A stretch of DNA of 64,000 nt. Origin: Cyclobacteriaceae bacterium. GTDB taxonomy: Bacteria; Bacteroidota; Bacteroidia; Cytophagales; Cyclobacteriaceae. The DNA is taken from the NCBI GenBank assembly GCA_043776715.1, contig JAYVQY010000085.1, forward strand, positions 639 through 64,638, read 5' to 3'. This document shows positions 10,184-19,161 of the stretch, in pieces. The position numbers and the translations under genes were made by a program. The notes below the pieces were generated by a model. The model was not told where the DNA came from. It saw nothing but the letters and a program-made list of their open reading frames with translations, and ran no database searches. The stretch's first letter is position 1, and each line of letters opens with the position of its first letter.

Positions 10184-10567
10184 TTAAAGCCTGGGCGGCT
10201 GAAAAATTTCTTCCAGGTAGGAAGAATGAAATTGAGATTGGTTAAAAGAAAGAGGTCGATCGCTCTGAATGGGGGTCCAGGACGCAAGAGCAATTTTTTG
10301 AAGTGGCATCGCGATTGCCTGAGCAGTGAGGGAGTGATGACAATCTTTGAAAGGAAGGCGCATATCCTGATCATCGTGGGCAACGTCTGTCTTATAATGC
10401 ATTACCAGAAACTCCCAAAAGGTCATGGTATTCGCCTGTTCATGATGTTCAGCATAATGTTGAATGAGCAACGGCAATCTCAAAACCTGATGAAACTCAG
10501 TTGAGGCAATCAGGTAAAGGGAGAGCAGTGCTATGACTAACTTCTGTTTCACAGTACAAATATACAA
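10184..10567 (-). CDS. small His-rich exported or membrane-anchored protein at the head of the czc operon
   Basis: 127 aa. The N-terminal hydrophobic segment KQKLVIALLSLYLIAS is followed by QHYAEHHEQ, MHYKTDVAHDDQDMRLPFKDCHHS and a C-terminal FQPPRL. It is co-directional with czcA, 168 nt upstream. The track start is TTG 10567; GTG at 10552 is an alternative. Confidence 0.5.
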   Translation of the reverse strand: MYICTVKQKLVIALLSLYLIASTEFHQVLRLPLLIQHYAEHHEQANTMTFWEFLVMHYKTDVAHDDQDMRLPFKDCHHSLTAQAIAMPLQKIALASWTPIQSDRPLSFNQSQFHSSYLEEIFQPPRL

Positions 10568-10571
10568 AAGA

Positions 10572-11630
10572 TCAGAAGAGACTCAGGTTTCCTCCCTTTC
10601 GGAATTTCGTAAGATCGTAAGGAGGCACCTCCCGGCCGGCGAGATATTTCTTTTTTGCCGAGCGAAAAAGTTGATGAATGACATCCGCAATATTTCCATC
10701 CCCTGCCATGCGCCTTCCAAAATTTGAATCATTCACTGTCCCCCCATGAAGTGAACAGATTTGATTCCAAACTTTGTCAAATCGGTCAGGAAAGTTCTTG
10801 CGAAGCCAGTCTTCAAATAATTTTGCGATGGATCCGTTGAGCCTTACCACCGTCATGCCGGCAGTGAGAGCTCCGTGATCAGCCGCGGCTTTTATAATGT
10901 TTGGTATCTCGTGATGGTTTAATCCGGGGATGATTGGAGCATTCATCACTCCAACTGGAACATTTGCATTGGCCAATGTTTCGATCGTCTTCAACCTTTT
11001 TATGGCGCTGGCAGTACGAGGCTCCATGACTCTGCGCAGGTCTTCATCCAGTGTGGTGACCGAGATCATAACGTGCACCAAGTTGTCAGAAGCAAGATCT
11101 TTCAGAATATCAACATCACGGGTGATGAGGCTGTTTTTTGTGATCAGGCTTACCGGATGCCTGTATTTTGCCATCACTTGAAGCATCTTGCGGGTCAATT
11201 CAAATTTGCGTTCTTGCGGTTGATAGCAATCGGTGTTGCCCGAGAACACGATGGGTGCAGCATGCCAGTTTCGCCGCATTAATTGTTGCTCCAGTACTTG
11301 GGGCGCATTTTGCTTGACGATAATTTTAGTCTCAAAGTCAAGGCCGGCACTGAATCCATAATACTCATGAGTGTTTCTGGCATAACAATAAATGCAACCA
11401 TGTTCACATCCCTGATATGGATTGATGGAAAACATCATTCCCAGGTCAGGACTGTCTACCTTATTGATAACTTTCTTCGGATGTTCAATAAAGATTTGTG
11501 TGGCAGGCGTTTCAAGGAGTGGTTCATCAAGTCCTTCAATGTGATCGGTCACATATTGGGCCTTGAGGAATTTGTTTCCCGTTTTTATTTGGGCACCCCG
11601 CCCCTTGAAGTAAGATTCATCCACACTCAA
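10572..11630 (-). CDS. radical SAM protein (PA0069 / SplB-like family)
   Basis: 352 aa with the CxxxCxxC cluster motif GCEHGCIYCYARN near the N-terminal third. Confidence 0.85.
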   Translation of the reverse strand: MSVDESYFKGRGAQIKTGNKFLKAQYVTDHIEGLDEPLLETPATQIFIEHPKKVINKVDSPDLGMMFSINPYQGCEHGCIYCYARNTHEYYGFSAGLDFETKIIVKQNAPQVLEQQLMRRNWHAAPIVFSGNTDCYQPQERKFELTRKMLQVMAKYRHPVSLITKNSLITRDVDILKDLASDNLVHVMISVTTLDEDLRRVMEPRTASAIKRLKTIETLANANVPVGVMNAPIIPGLNHHEIPNIIKAAADHGALTAGMTVVRLNGSIAKLFEDWLRKNFPDRFDKVWNQICSLHGGTVNDSNFGRRMAGDGNIADVIHQLFRSAKKKYLAGREVPPYDLTKFRKGGNLSLF

Positions 11631-11663
11631 TATTACTAATAAAATTAGTATAAACTAACACCA

Positions 11664-12545
11664 TTGGCGCAGCTAGATTATAGGGAAACGCCCATTCAGG
11701 AGCTCAAAAGTGCCATAGTGGAAGGGGCGGGGATTAGGTTATGGGTAAAGCGGGAAGATCTTAACCACCCTCACGCATCGGGGAACAAGTGGTGGAAGTT
11801 GAAGTATAACCTTGAAGCCTGTGTTCATTCTGGTCATGATACACTTCTGACTTTTGGTGGGGCGTACTCCAATCACATTTTTGCAACGGCAGCGGCGGCG
11901 CATGAGTTGGGTTTGAAAAGTATTGGGATCATTCGTGGAGAGGAGACGATGCCATTGAATCACACGCTTTCTTTTGCAAAAGAAAAAGGAATGGTGATTC
12001 ACTATGTTTCGAGAGAAGACTACCGACACAAAACCGATGAGAATTTTATTGAAAAGCTTCACGGGCAATTTGGAGATTTTTATCTCATACCCGAGGGGGG
12101 AACCAATGAGTTAGCGATCAAGGGTTGCGAGGAGTTTGCAAAGGCAGTTCATTCAGAAATAAAAGTTGATTATTTGTGTTTGCCAGTCGGGACCGGCGGA
12201 ACCATTACAGGAATGATTCAAGGTATGGGTGAATCGAAAAAAATTCTTGGATTTTCTTCGTTGAAAGGAGGAGCCTTTTTGGAAACAGAAATTAGAAAGC
12301 ACTCAGAGCATCAAACGAATGACTGGAGGGTGATGACCGATTATCATTTTGGGGGTTATGGTAAGTCAACGGATGAGCTCGTTTCATTTATAAATCAAAT
12401 GAAAAGTGAATTCAATCTTCCGCTGGACATTGTCTACACATCGAAAATGATGTATGGTATTTTTGAATTAGTAAAAAAAGGATATTTCGAAAGAGGTACC
12501 GTCGTTCTGGCGATTCACACTGGAGGACTTCAGGGGAAATATTAG
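11664..12545 (+). CDS. 1-aminocyclopropane-1-carboxylate deaminase / D-cysteine desulfhydrase family PLP enzyme
   Basis: 293 aa. The PLP-lysine region is SGNKWWKLKYNL and a Gly-rich phosphate loop is PVGTGGTITG. The start codon is TTG. Confidence 0.8.
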   Translation: MAQLDYRETPIQELKSAIVEGAGIRLWVKREDLNHPHASGNKWWKLKYNLEACVHSGHDTLLTFGGAYSNHIFATAAAAHELGLKSIGIIRGEETMPLNHTLSFAKEKGMVIHYVSREDYRHKTDENFIEKLHGQFGDFYLIPEGGTNELAIKGCEEFAKAVHSEIKVDYLCLPVGTGGTITGMIQGMGESKKILGFSSLKGGAFLETEIRKHSEHQTNDWRVMTDYHFGGYGKSTDELVSFINQMKSEFNLPLDIVYTSKMMYGIFELVKKGYFERGTVVLAIHTGGLQGKY

Positions 12546-12583
12546 TGGAGGCATCATGCAGAGTAGAATTAAGTAGGCACCCC

Positions 12584-13954
12584 TCATCCAAATAACGCCG
12601 CAAAAACGTCCGTGAGTTTGCCAAGCTCAATCACTTTTATTTTGCGTTGGCCAGCTGATTTTTGATTAAACTTTGAAACATAGATTTCTTCAAAGCCGAG
12701 TTTTTCTGCTTCAGAAATCCGTTGTTCAATTCTATTGACCGCACGAAGCTCGCCGCCCAGACCAATTTCTGCTGCAAAACATATCTTATCAGAAATTGAA
12801 ATTTCTTCCATGGAAGAGATGATTGAGATGCAGATGGCAAGATCGATGGCGGGATCTTCTACCCGGATCCCACCTGCCATGTTGAGAAACACATCCTGTG
12901 TTCCCATTCTAAACCCGCAACGTTTTTCCAATACGGCCAGCAACATGTTTAATCGTTTTTGATCAAAGCCTGTTGGTGTGCGCTGTGGTGTACCGTAGGA
13001 AGCTGGACTTACCAATGACTGCACTTCAATGAGCAAAGGACGATTGCCTTCCAGTGTCGCAGCAATGGTGGCACCGGTATGGGGCCCGTCTTTTTGTGAG
13101 ATGAGAATTTCGGAGGGATTATTTACTTCGCGTAGTCCTGTTGCCAGCATTTCATAAATTCCAATTTCGGCAGTAGATCCAAAGCGATTTTTCGTGGTTC
13201 GAAGGATGCGATAGGCGAGGTGTTGATCGCCCTCAAACTGTAACACTGTATCCACCATATGTTCCAGTACTTTGGGTCCAGCGAGTGCTCCGTCTTTGGT
13301 GATGTGCCCCACCAGAAAAACTGGTGTGTTCGTTTCCTTTGCAAATTTCATCAGTTCACCCGCACATTGTCGCACTTGACCGATGCTGCCTGGTGTACTT
13401 TCAAGCAGCGGAGTGAATAAAGTTTGGATGGAGTCAATGATCACCAAATGTGGCAAGAGCGATTCAATGCCGAGAAAAATATTTTTTGTGTTCGTTTCAG
13501 TGAGAGTAAAAAAATTCTTAGCTCCGGAAGCAATGCCCAGTCGCTCGGCCCTCATTTTGAGCTGCTGCTCACTTTCTTCACCAGATACATAGAGCACCTT
13601 GAGATCCTTCAAGGTCAACCCAACTTGTAACATCAGTGTTGACTTACCGATGCCTGGTTCACCACCAATCAAAACCAATGATCCTGGTACGATCCCACCT
13701 CCCAGCACACGATCCAGTTCCTGATTGCCTGAAATGATCCTGTTTTCCGTACTCGATTCTATCTCATCCAGGTTCTTGGGTTGGGGAGTTTTAGAACGGG
13801 TCGTTTCTTGCCGCCAATCGTTTTTAGCAGGCTCTTTTGTTACTACTTCTTCAACAAATGAATTCCAGGTCCCACAGGATGGACATTTTCCAAGCCACTT
13901 GGACGCTTCATAGCCGCAGCTTTGGCAGAAGAATTGAGTTTTGGTTTTGGACAT
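12584..13954 (-). CDS. radA: DNA repair protein RadA (Sms)
   Basis: 456 aa. It has an N-terminal zinc finger (CQSCGYEASKWLGKCPSCGTWNS), Walker A (GGEPGIGKST), the KNRFG motif and a Lon-like C-terminal domain. Confidence 0.96.
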   Translation of the reverse strand: MSKTKTQFFCQSCGYEASKWLGKCPSCGTWNSFVEEVVTKEPAKNDWRQETTRSKTPQPKNLDEIESSTENRIISGNQELDRVLGGGIVPGSLVLIGGEPGIGKSTLMLQVGLTLKDLKVLYVSGEESEQQLKMRAERLGIASGAKNFFTLTETNTKNIFLGIESLLPHLVIIDSIQTLFTPLLESTPGSIGQVRQCAGELMKFAKETNTPVFLVGHITKDGALAGPKVLEHMVDTVLQFEGDQHLAYRILRTTKNRFGSTAEIGIYEMLATGLREVNNPSEILISQKDGPHTGATIAATLEGNRPLLIEVQSLVSPASYGTPQRTPTGFDQKRLNMLLAVLEKRCGFRMGTQDVFLNMAGGIRVEDPAIDLAICISIISSMEEISISDKICFAAEIGLGGELRAVNRIEQRISEAEKLGFEEIYVSKFNQKSAGQRKIKVIELGKLTDVFAALFG

Positions 13955-14045
13955 TTGCGGAAAGTAGCCGACTTACAAGTAAACTTACATCGTTAATGCT
14001 CTATTCGAATGAATCTGTTATTTTTCATTTGTTAAATTAGTACCT

Positions 14046-15980
14046 ATGAGATTGGTCTGTCTGTTGATTTTGATCACACTTTCGCATGTCGGGCGCGCCC
14101 AAAAATCTTCAATTGAGTATGGAGAAGTTCCGATGCAAGATCTTAGGATGACCATTTATGATCAAGATTCCTCAGCCATAGGAGTTGTTCTTGCCGACTT
14201 TGGACTTGCATTTATTTCAGTTTTCGGCGAAGCGGTAGAAATGAAGTTTGAACGTCACACGCGAATAAAAATCCTAAAAAAGGACGGACTGGACCTGGCC
14301 AACATCACCGTCCTGCTTCGTCATATTGGTGATCGATCAGAGCGAATCAGCAATATCAAAGCTTCCTCTTACAATCTTGACAATGGTAAAGTGGTGGAAA
14401 CAGAGCTTGCCAAAGATGGTATCTTTACAGAAAAATTCAATAAGTACTTCGATCAACAAAAATTTACCGTACCCAGCACTAAGGAAGGGTCAGTAATTGA
14501 ATACTCTTATCGCGTTACCTCTGAATTCTACACAAGCTTTCCAAATTGGGAGTTTCAACATGCTCTTCCAACCCGATTGAGTGAATATTGGGCAATTATT
14601 CCTGAAGTCTTTGATTACGCCAAATACCTCCAGGGATATATTCCAGTCAGTGACTACGAAGAGAAATCAATGTACTATGTTCAGCAGCCTGTAATTGCTT
14701 ACCATTATGTATCAAAACAAGTCCCCGCATTTAAGAAAGAACCTTTTATGACCACGCAGGAGGATTACATCTCCAAAATAAGTTTCGCTTTGGCATACGT
14801 TAATCACCCATCCTACAGAGAAGAGATCATGGGTTCCTGGACCAAGTTTAACGAGGACTTGCTGAAGCACGAGTCTTTTGGAGACATTGTCAATGGATCT
14901 GATTTTATAAAAATTAAGGTGGAGCAGATCATTGAGGGTATAACTGACCAAGGCCAACGGATTGCCGCGATTTCTGCTTTCATTAAGGAGAATGTTGAGT
15001 ATAATGACGAGGAAGACTTTTACGCGAACCCCTTGACCAAGATCCTTGAACGAAGAAGAGGAACGTCAGGCGATATCAATCTTTTGTTAGCTTCAATGCT
15101 TAGATGGGCAGGATTCGAGACTGATCTGGTCGTGTTGAGCACGCGAGATCACGGATACATTCGCCAGCAATTTCCTGCGAAAAGCCAGTTTAATTACGTG
15201 ATTTGTGCGGTGAAAATCGATGGCAAGATGCTCTTGTTGGATGCTACCGAAAAGTATCTGCCGTTTGATATTTTGCCTGACCGTTGCTTAAACGGACAAG
15301 GCCTTATAATCTCAGCCAAAAACCATGGTTGGATAGACATTACAACCAAGGCCAAAGACCGATCGATTACAACAGTTGACATCACGTTAGGGCCCACTGG
15401 CGAGCTAAATTGTAGACTGCAATACCTAAGGGATGGATATGACGCGCAGAAAATGAGAGAACACTATATAAGAGACGGCGAGAAGAACTATGTTCAGGAT
15501 TTCCTTCGCGACAAACAATGGATAGTGGAGGAAGTCAAGTTTGAAGATGTCATGGACTTTAAAAAGCAACCTAAGGAAATTTACGATATACGCATAGCTG
15601 ATCATACCACGGTTGCCGGCGAAAACATTTATGTAAGCCCATTTGTCACATCTCAGATTGACGAAAACCCTTTCAAGGCCAACAAGCGTACATACCCAAT
15701 AAATTTTGGAAATCTCAAAGAGAAAACCTACTACGTCAAAATCCTAATGCCCGAAGGTTTTATTGTGGAAGAACTTCCAAAAAGCAAAGTGATAGGATTG
15801 CCGGGAAATGCAGCAAGATATTTATATAATTCCTTTATGACAGGTAATACGATTAATATTACGAGCACCTTTCTAATCAATAGAAGCATGTTTGAACCCG
15901 AAGAGTATCAGGGCCTCAAAGAATTCTATGATCAGGTTTTGGCCAAACAGACTGAACAAATTGTGATTAAGAGGAAATAG
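14046..15980 (+). CDS. DUF3857-type transglutaminase-like protein, Cys-less paralogue
   Basis: 644 aa with signal peptide MRLVCLLILITLSHVGRAQ. The domain order matches the next gene, but the core reads GTSGDINLLLASMLRWAG, with Ile where the nucleophile Cys is expected. Confidence 0.7.
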   Translation: MRLVCLLILITLSHVGRAQKSSIEYGEVPMQDLRMTIYDQDSSAIGVVLADFGLAFISVFGEAVEMKFERHTRIKILKKDGLDLANITVLLRHIGDRSERISNIKASSYNLDNGKVVETELAKDGIFTEKFNKYFDQQKFTVPSTKEGSVIEYSYRVTSEFYTSFPNWEFQHALPTRLSEYWAIIPEVFDYAKYLQGYIPVSDYEEKSMYYVQQPVIAYHYVSKQVPAFKKEPFMTTQEDYISKISFALAYVNHPSYREEIMGSWTKFNEDLLKHESFGDIVNGSDFIKIKVEQIIEGITDQGQRIAAISAFIKENVEYNDEEDFYANPLTKILERRRGTSGDINLLLASMLRWAGFETDLVVLSTRDHGYIRQQFPAKSQFNYVICAVKIDGKMLLLDATEKYLPFDILPDRCLNGQGLIISAKNHGWIDITTKAKDRSITTVDITLGPTGELNCRLQYLRDGYDAQKMREHYIRDGEKNYVQDFLRDKQWIVEEVKFEDVMDFKKQPKEIYDIRIADHTTVAGENIYVSPFVTSQIDENPFKANKRTYPINFGNLKEKTYYVKILMPEGFIVEELPKSKVIGLPGNAARYLYNSFMTGNTINITSTFLINRSMFEPEEYQGLKEFYDQVLAKQTEQIVIKRK

Positions 15981-15982
15981 CT

Positions 15983-17896
15983 ATGGGTCGGCTTTTCATA
16001 ATCTCTGGTTTTCTAATCCTTCACCTATCCGTGTTAATGGCTGGTGAAATCAAGTACCCTGTAAGTGAAATTCCGGATAGTCTAAAGCAAGGGATGTACG
16101 CTGTAATAAGGGAAGATAATATAGAGTTTGATATCCTGGCCGTCAATAAATCGGTCAAGAGAGTCCATCATGTGGTTACTATACTGAATGAAAAAGCAAA
16201 GGCTTATGCAATCCAAATTTTATATTATGATAAGAACTCAAAGGTATCTCACTTTAGCGGAACCGTGTATGATGGAGCAGGCAATGAAATGAAGAAATTA
16301 AAGCAAAAAGAAATTTATGATCAAAGTGCAATTTCGGGATTTAGCCTATATGAAGACGACCGGCTTAAAAAGGCGGATCTTTCGCAATTGGTTTACCCTT
16401 ATACCGTCGAATTTGAGTTTGAAATTGAATTTGACTACTTGTATTCCATCCCAGGATACAGCCTCAATCTTGATGATGAAGTCTCTGTTCAAAAAGCAGT
16501 CTATTCAATAGAGTATCCTAAAAAATTGGCTCCAAGATTTAGGTTGACTCTGGTGCCAATCCCAGTTCGGAAGAGTTTATCCATTGATAAGGAATCCGTT
16601 ACCTGGACCTTTGAAAATTATATACCGTCAAGATTTGAACCTTTCGCCCCGGATTCTCAAAAGATTCTACCAAACATTCAGGCAGCGCCATCTCAGTTTC
16701 AATATGGTGGTTATACTGGCAGCATGAGCACGTGGAAAGAGTTTGGAAACTGGAACGCCTCGTTAAACAAGGGTCGAGATGTGCTACCGGAAATAACAAA
16801 ACTGAAAGTACAAGACTTGACCCGAGAGTTAACAACTACTGAGGCGAAGGCAAAAGCGATATACGAGTACTTACAGAGCAGGACACGATACGTCAGTATT
16901 CAATTGGGAATTGGCGGCCTTCAACCTTTTCCTGCTTCGGTTGTTGATCAGACGGGCTATGGAGATTGCAAGGCGTTATCAAATTACATGGTGGCGATGT
17001 TAAAGGAAGCTGGCCTAAAAGGCTACTACACCACGATTATGGCTGGTGATAGCGAGCCAGACATCTTGGCGGATTTTCCCAGTCATCAGGCTAATCATGT
17101 GGTTGTAGCAGTTCCCAACGGGCAAGACACACTATGGATGGAATGCACCAGTCAAACAAAACCATTCGGTTATATGGGAACATTCACTGGCGACAGATAT
17201 GGTTTGATGATATCCGAAAATGGCGGGAGACTGGTAAGAACTCCGTCATACAACGCAGCACATAACCAACAGTCGAGGAGCGCTCAAGTGGATGTGGATA
17301 TTGCTGGTAATGCAAGAGCTCAGGTAACGACAATATACATGGGCGTTCAGTACGAAACTAATGGATTGAACTCCGTATTTGGACACAAATCGGATGAACA
17401 GGAGAAGTGGGTTCAAGATAACATTGATATCCCAAGCTTCAAGGTGAACGCATTTTCATTGACGGAAGCGAAAGACAAAGTGCCGTCCGCGTCTGTAAAA
17501 CTTGACCTAACCTTAAATCGATATGCATCGGTGAGTGGGAAGCGAATTTTTATTTCTCCGAACTTAATGAATAGGTCTTCGTTCGTGCCTAGGAATACCG
17601 CATTACGGAGAAATGATATCGTTCTTCACGCAAACTATCTTCACCTGGATACTATTATTTTTCATTTTCAAGAAGGCCTTTATCCTGAGTTTCTTCCCCC
17701 ACCCACCAAAATCACTTCTCGTTTCGGAGAGTACGAAACTCAGTACACGTTCAATGCTGGCAAATTGATATACAAAAGGAAACTGAAAGTCTGGGGTGGA
17801 ACGTTTCCGAAGGAATCCTATTCAGAATTTGTCGCGTTTTATAAAAATATCGCGAAGACCGACAATATTAAACTGGTTTTTCTAAGCAAGACCTGA
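15983..17896 (+). CDS. DUF3857-type transglutaminase-like protein with an intact Cys core
   Basis: 637 aa with a signal-like N-terminus. The transglutaminase/cysteine-protease-like core is GYGDCKALSNYMVAMLKEAG, with a downstream HQANHVVVAV. It starts 2 nt after the stop of the preceding paralogue. Confidence 0.75.
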   Translation: MGRLFIISGFLILHLSVLMAGEIKYPVSEIPDSLKQGMYAVIREDNIEFDILAVNKSVKRVHHVVTILNEKAKAYAIQILYYDKNSKVSHFSGTVYDGAGNEMKKLKQKEIYDQSAISGFSLYEDDRLKKADLSQLVYPYTVEFEFEIEFDYLYSIPGYSLNLDDEVSVQKAVYSIEYPKKLAPRFRLTLVPIPVRKSLSIDKESVTWTFENYIPSRFEPFAPDSQKILPNIQAAPSQFQYGGYTGSMSTWKEFGNWNASLNKGRDVLPEITKLKVQDLTRELTTTEAKAKAIYEYLQSRTRYVSIQLGIGGLQPFPASVVDQTGYGDCKALSNYMVAMLKEAGLKGYYTTIMAGDSEPDILADFPSHQANHVVVAVPNGQDTLWMECTSQTKPFGYMGTFTGDRYGLMISENGGRLVRTPSYNAAHNQQSRSAQVDVDIAGNARAQVTTIYMGVQYETNGLNSVFGHKSDEQEKWVQDNIDIPSFKVNAFSLTEAKDKVPSASVKLDLTLNRYASVSGKRIFISPNLMNRSSFVPRNTALRRNDIVLHANYLHLDTIIFHFQEGLYPEFLPPPTKITSRFGEYETQYTFNAGKLIYKRKLKVWGGTFPKESYSEFVAFYKNIAKTDNIKLVFLSKT

Positions 17897-17897
17897 T

Positions 17898-18719
17898 TTA
17901 CTTCAGCGGACTATCCAGCTCTTTCGCCATCACATTGTACACAATTTTGTCAATGTATCCTGGAAACCACTTGTTCATAAATACAGTGAACTTGCCCAGA
18001 GAGGTGAGCACAATAATATTCTTTCGTTTTACGGTAGCCTTGTAGATATGTTGTGCGCAATCCTCAGCGCTCATCATCTTATTCTCATCGCGGGGTGAGT
18101 CCCCCTGAAGGGATCCATCTTTTGTCAGCGACCGTTTGCGAATATTGGAAGTGGTAAATCCTGGACAAGCAGTGAGGACGTGCACATCCTTTTTCAACAT
18201 TTCAGTACGCAACACTTCAAGAAAACCATTGAGTGCAAACTTGGAAGCAGAATAACCTGTGCGTCCCGGAAGTCCACGATAACCGGCAACGCTTGAGATT
18301 CCAATGACAGAACCTTTGTTTTTTATGATCTCCGGAAGACAATATTTTGTGGCATACAGGACACCGTAAAAATTTATATCCATGACTTTCCTCACGACGT
18401 TCAAATCTACTTCTTCAAAGAGCGAACGCATCGTGATGCCGGCATTGTTGATCAAAATATCAATTCTGCCAAAGATCCGCACGGCTTCTGATGCCATTCT
18501 TCGGTTGTCTTCTTCCACACTAACATCCGCCTGACAGCCGACTACATTAATTCCTTTTTGATGCAACTCCTCCACCGCCTCATCGAGTTCATTCTTCTTT
18601 CTTCCTGTGATTAAAATTTTTGACCCCTGCTTTCCAAAGGCTTCACCCAGTGCTTTGCCGATACCCGAAGACCCACCCGTAATGATGACAACTTTATCTT
18701 TCATGAGCACACTCTGCAA
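17898..18719 (-). CDS. SDR-family oxidoreductase
   Basis: 273 aa with motifs TGGSSGIGKA (TGxxxGxG), NNAG and YSASK (YxxxK). Confidence 0.9.
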   Translation of the reverse strand: MQSVLMKDKVVIITGGSSGIGKALGEAFGKQGSKILITGRKKNELDEAVEELHQKGINVVGCQADVSVEEDNRRMASEAVRIFGRIDILINNAGITMRSLFEEVDLNVVRKVMDINFYGVLYATKYCLPEIIKNKGSVIGISSVAGYRGLPGRTGYSASKFALNGFLEVLRTEMLKKDVHVLTACPGFTTSNIRKRSLTKDGSLQGDSPRDENKMMSAEDCAQHIYKATVKRKNIIVLTSLGKFTVFMNKWFPGYIDKIVYNVMAKELDSPLK

Positions 18720-18902
18720 TGGTCGGTAAATGTAATTAAAACAATCGCTTAATCTTAAAGCCTGTCTTTTGCTTAGTGCGCTTTTTCACCTACCACTTTG
18801 GGTCTCTATACCTCCTTTCTGATTTGATTTTTGTGTTCGGACATTCTATACTATTTAGTAGCGAAGAAAGTCTTGCAGGCAAACTTGTGCGTTGATTAGC
18901 AA

Positions 18903-19075
18903 TAGGGCCCGATCATGTAGCTGTCTTCGCGGCCCGTCTCGGTGCCGCGAGCTTCGAATTTAGCTATGAAATGAAAGGCTATGCAATAAACAGATTGAAG
19001 AGCATCAACAGTTGGTGCAATGAATTAGCTTATAGGTCGCGGTATTTTTGCTGGGACATCAAAAAACCGCGACAT
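18903..19075 (+). repeat. structured intergenic repeat, copy A (homologous to 48027..48227)
   Basis: This segment aligns by eye with 48027..48227 in the same orientation. Shared blocks are tgtcttcgc, cccgtctcgg, ccgcga, cttcg, atgaaatg-aaaggc, ataaac, and taggtc.cggtatttttgctg.gacatcaaaaaaccgcga. Two hairpins are present at 18927..18950 and 19036..19073. Confidence 0.6.
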
Positions 19076-19161
19076 CTCAAACTAATTCATCAATTCCCAT
19101 TGATTTTATTAATGTTTCAAAAATTGGGAAGGAAAATGAGAGATGTTTATAGTACTCTGTT

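Noticed and set aside
10169-10504. 111-aa plus-strand ORF opposite the small His-rich czc leader gene.
   Set aside because: It has no signal or motif and a basic low-complexity composition. The minus-strand frame has an N-terminal hydrophobic segment and is co-directional with the operon. This remains a judgement call.
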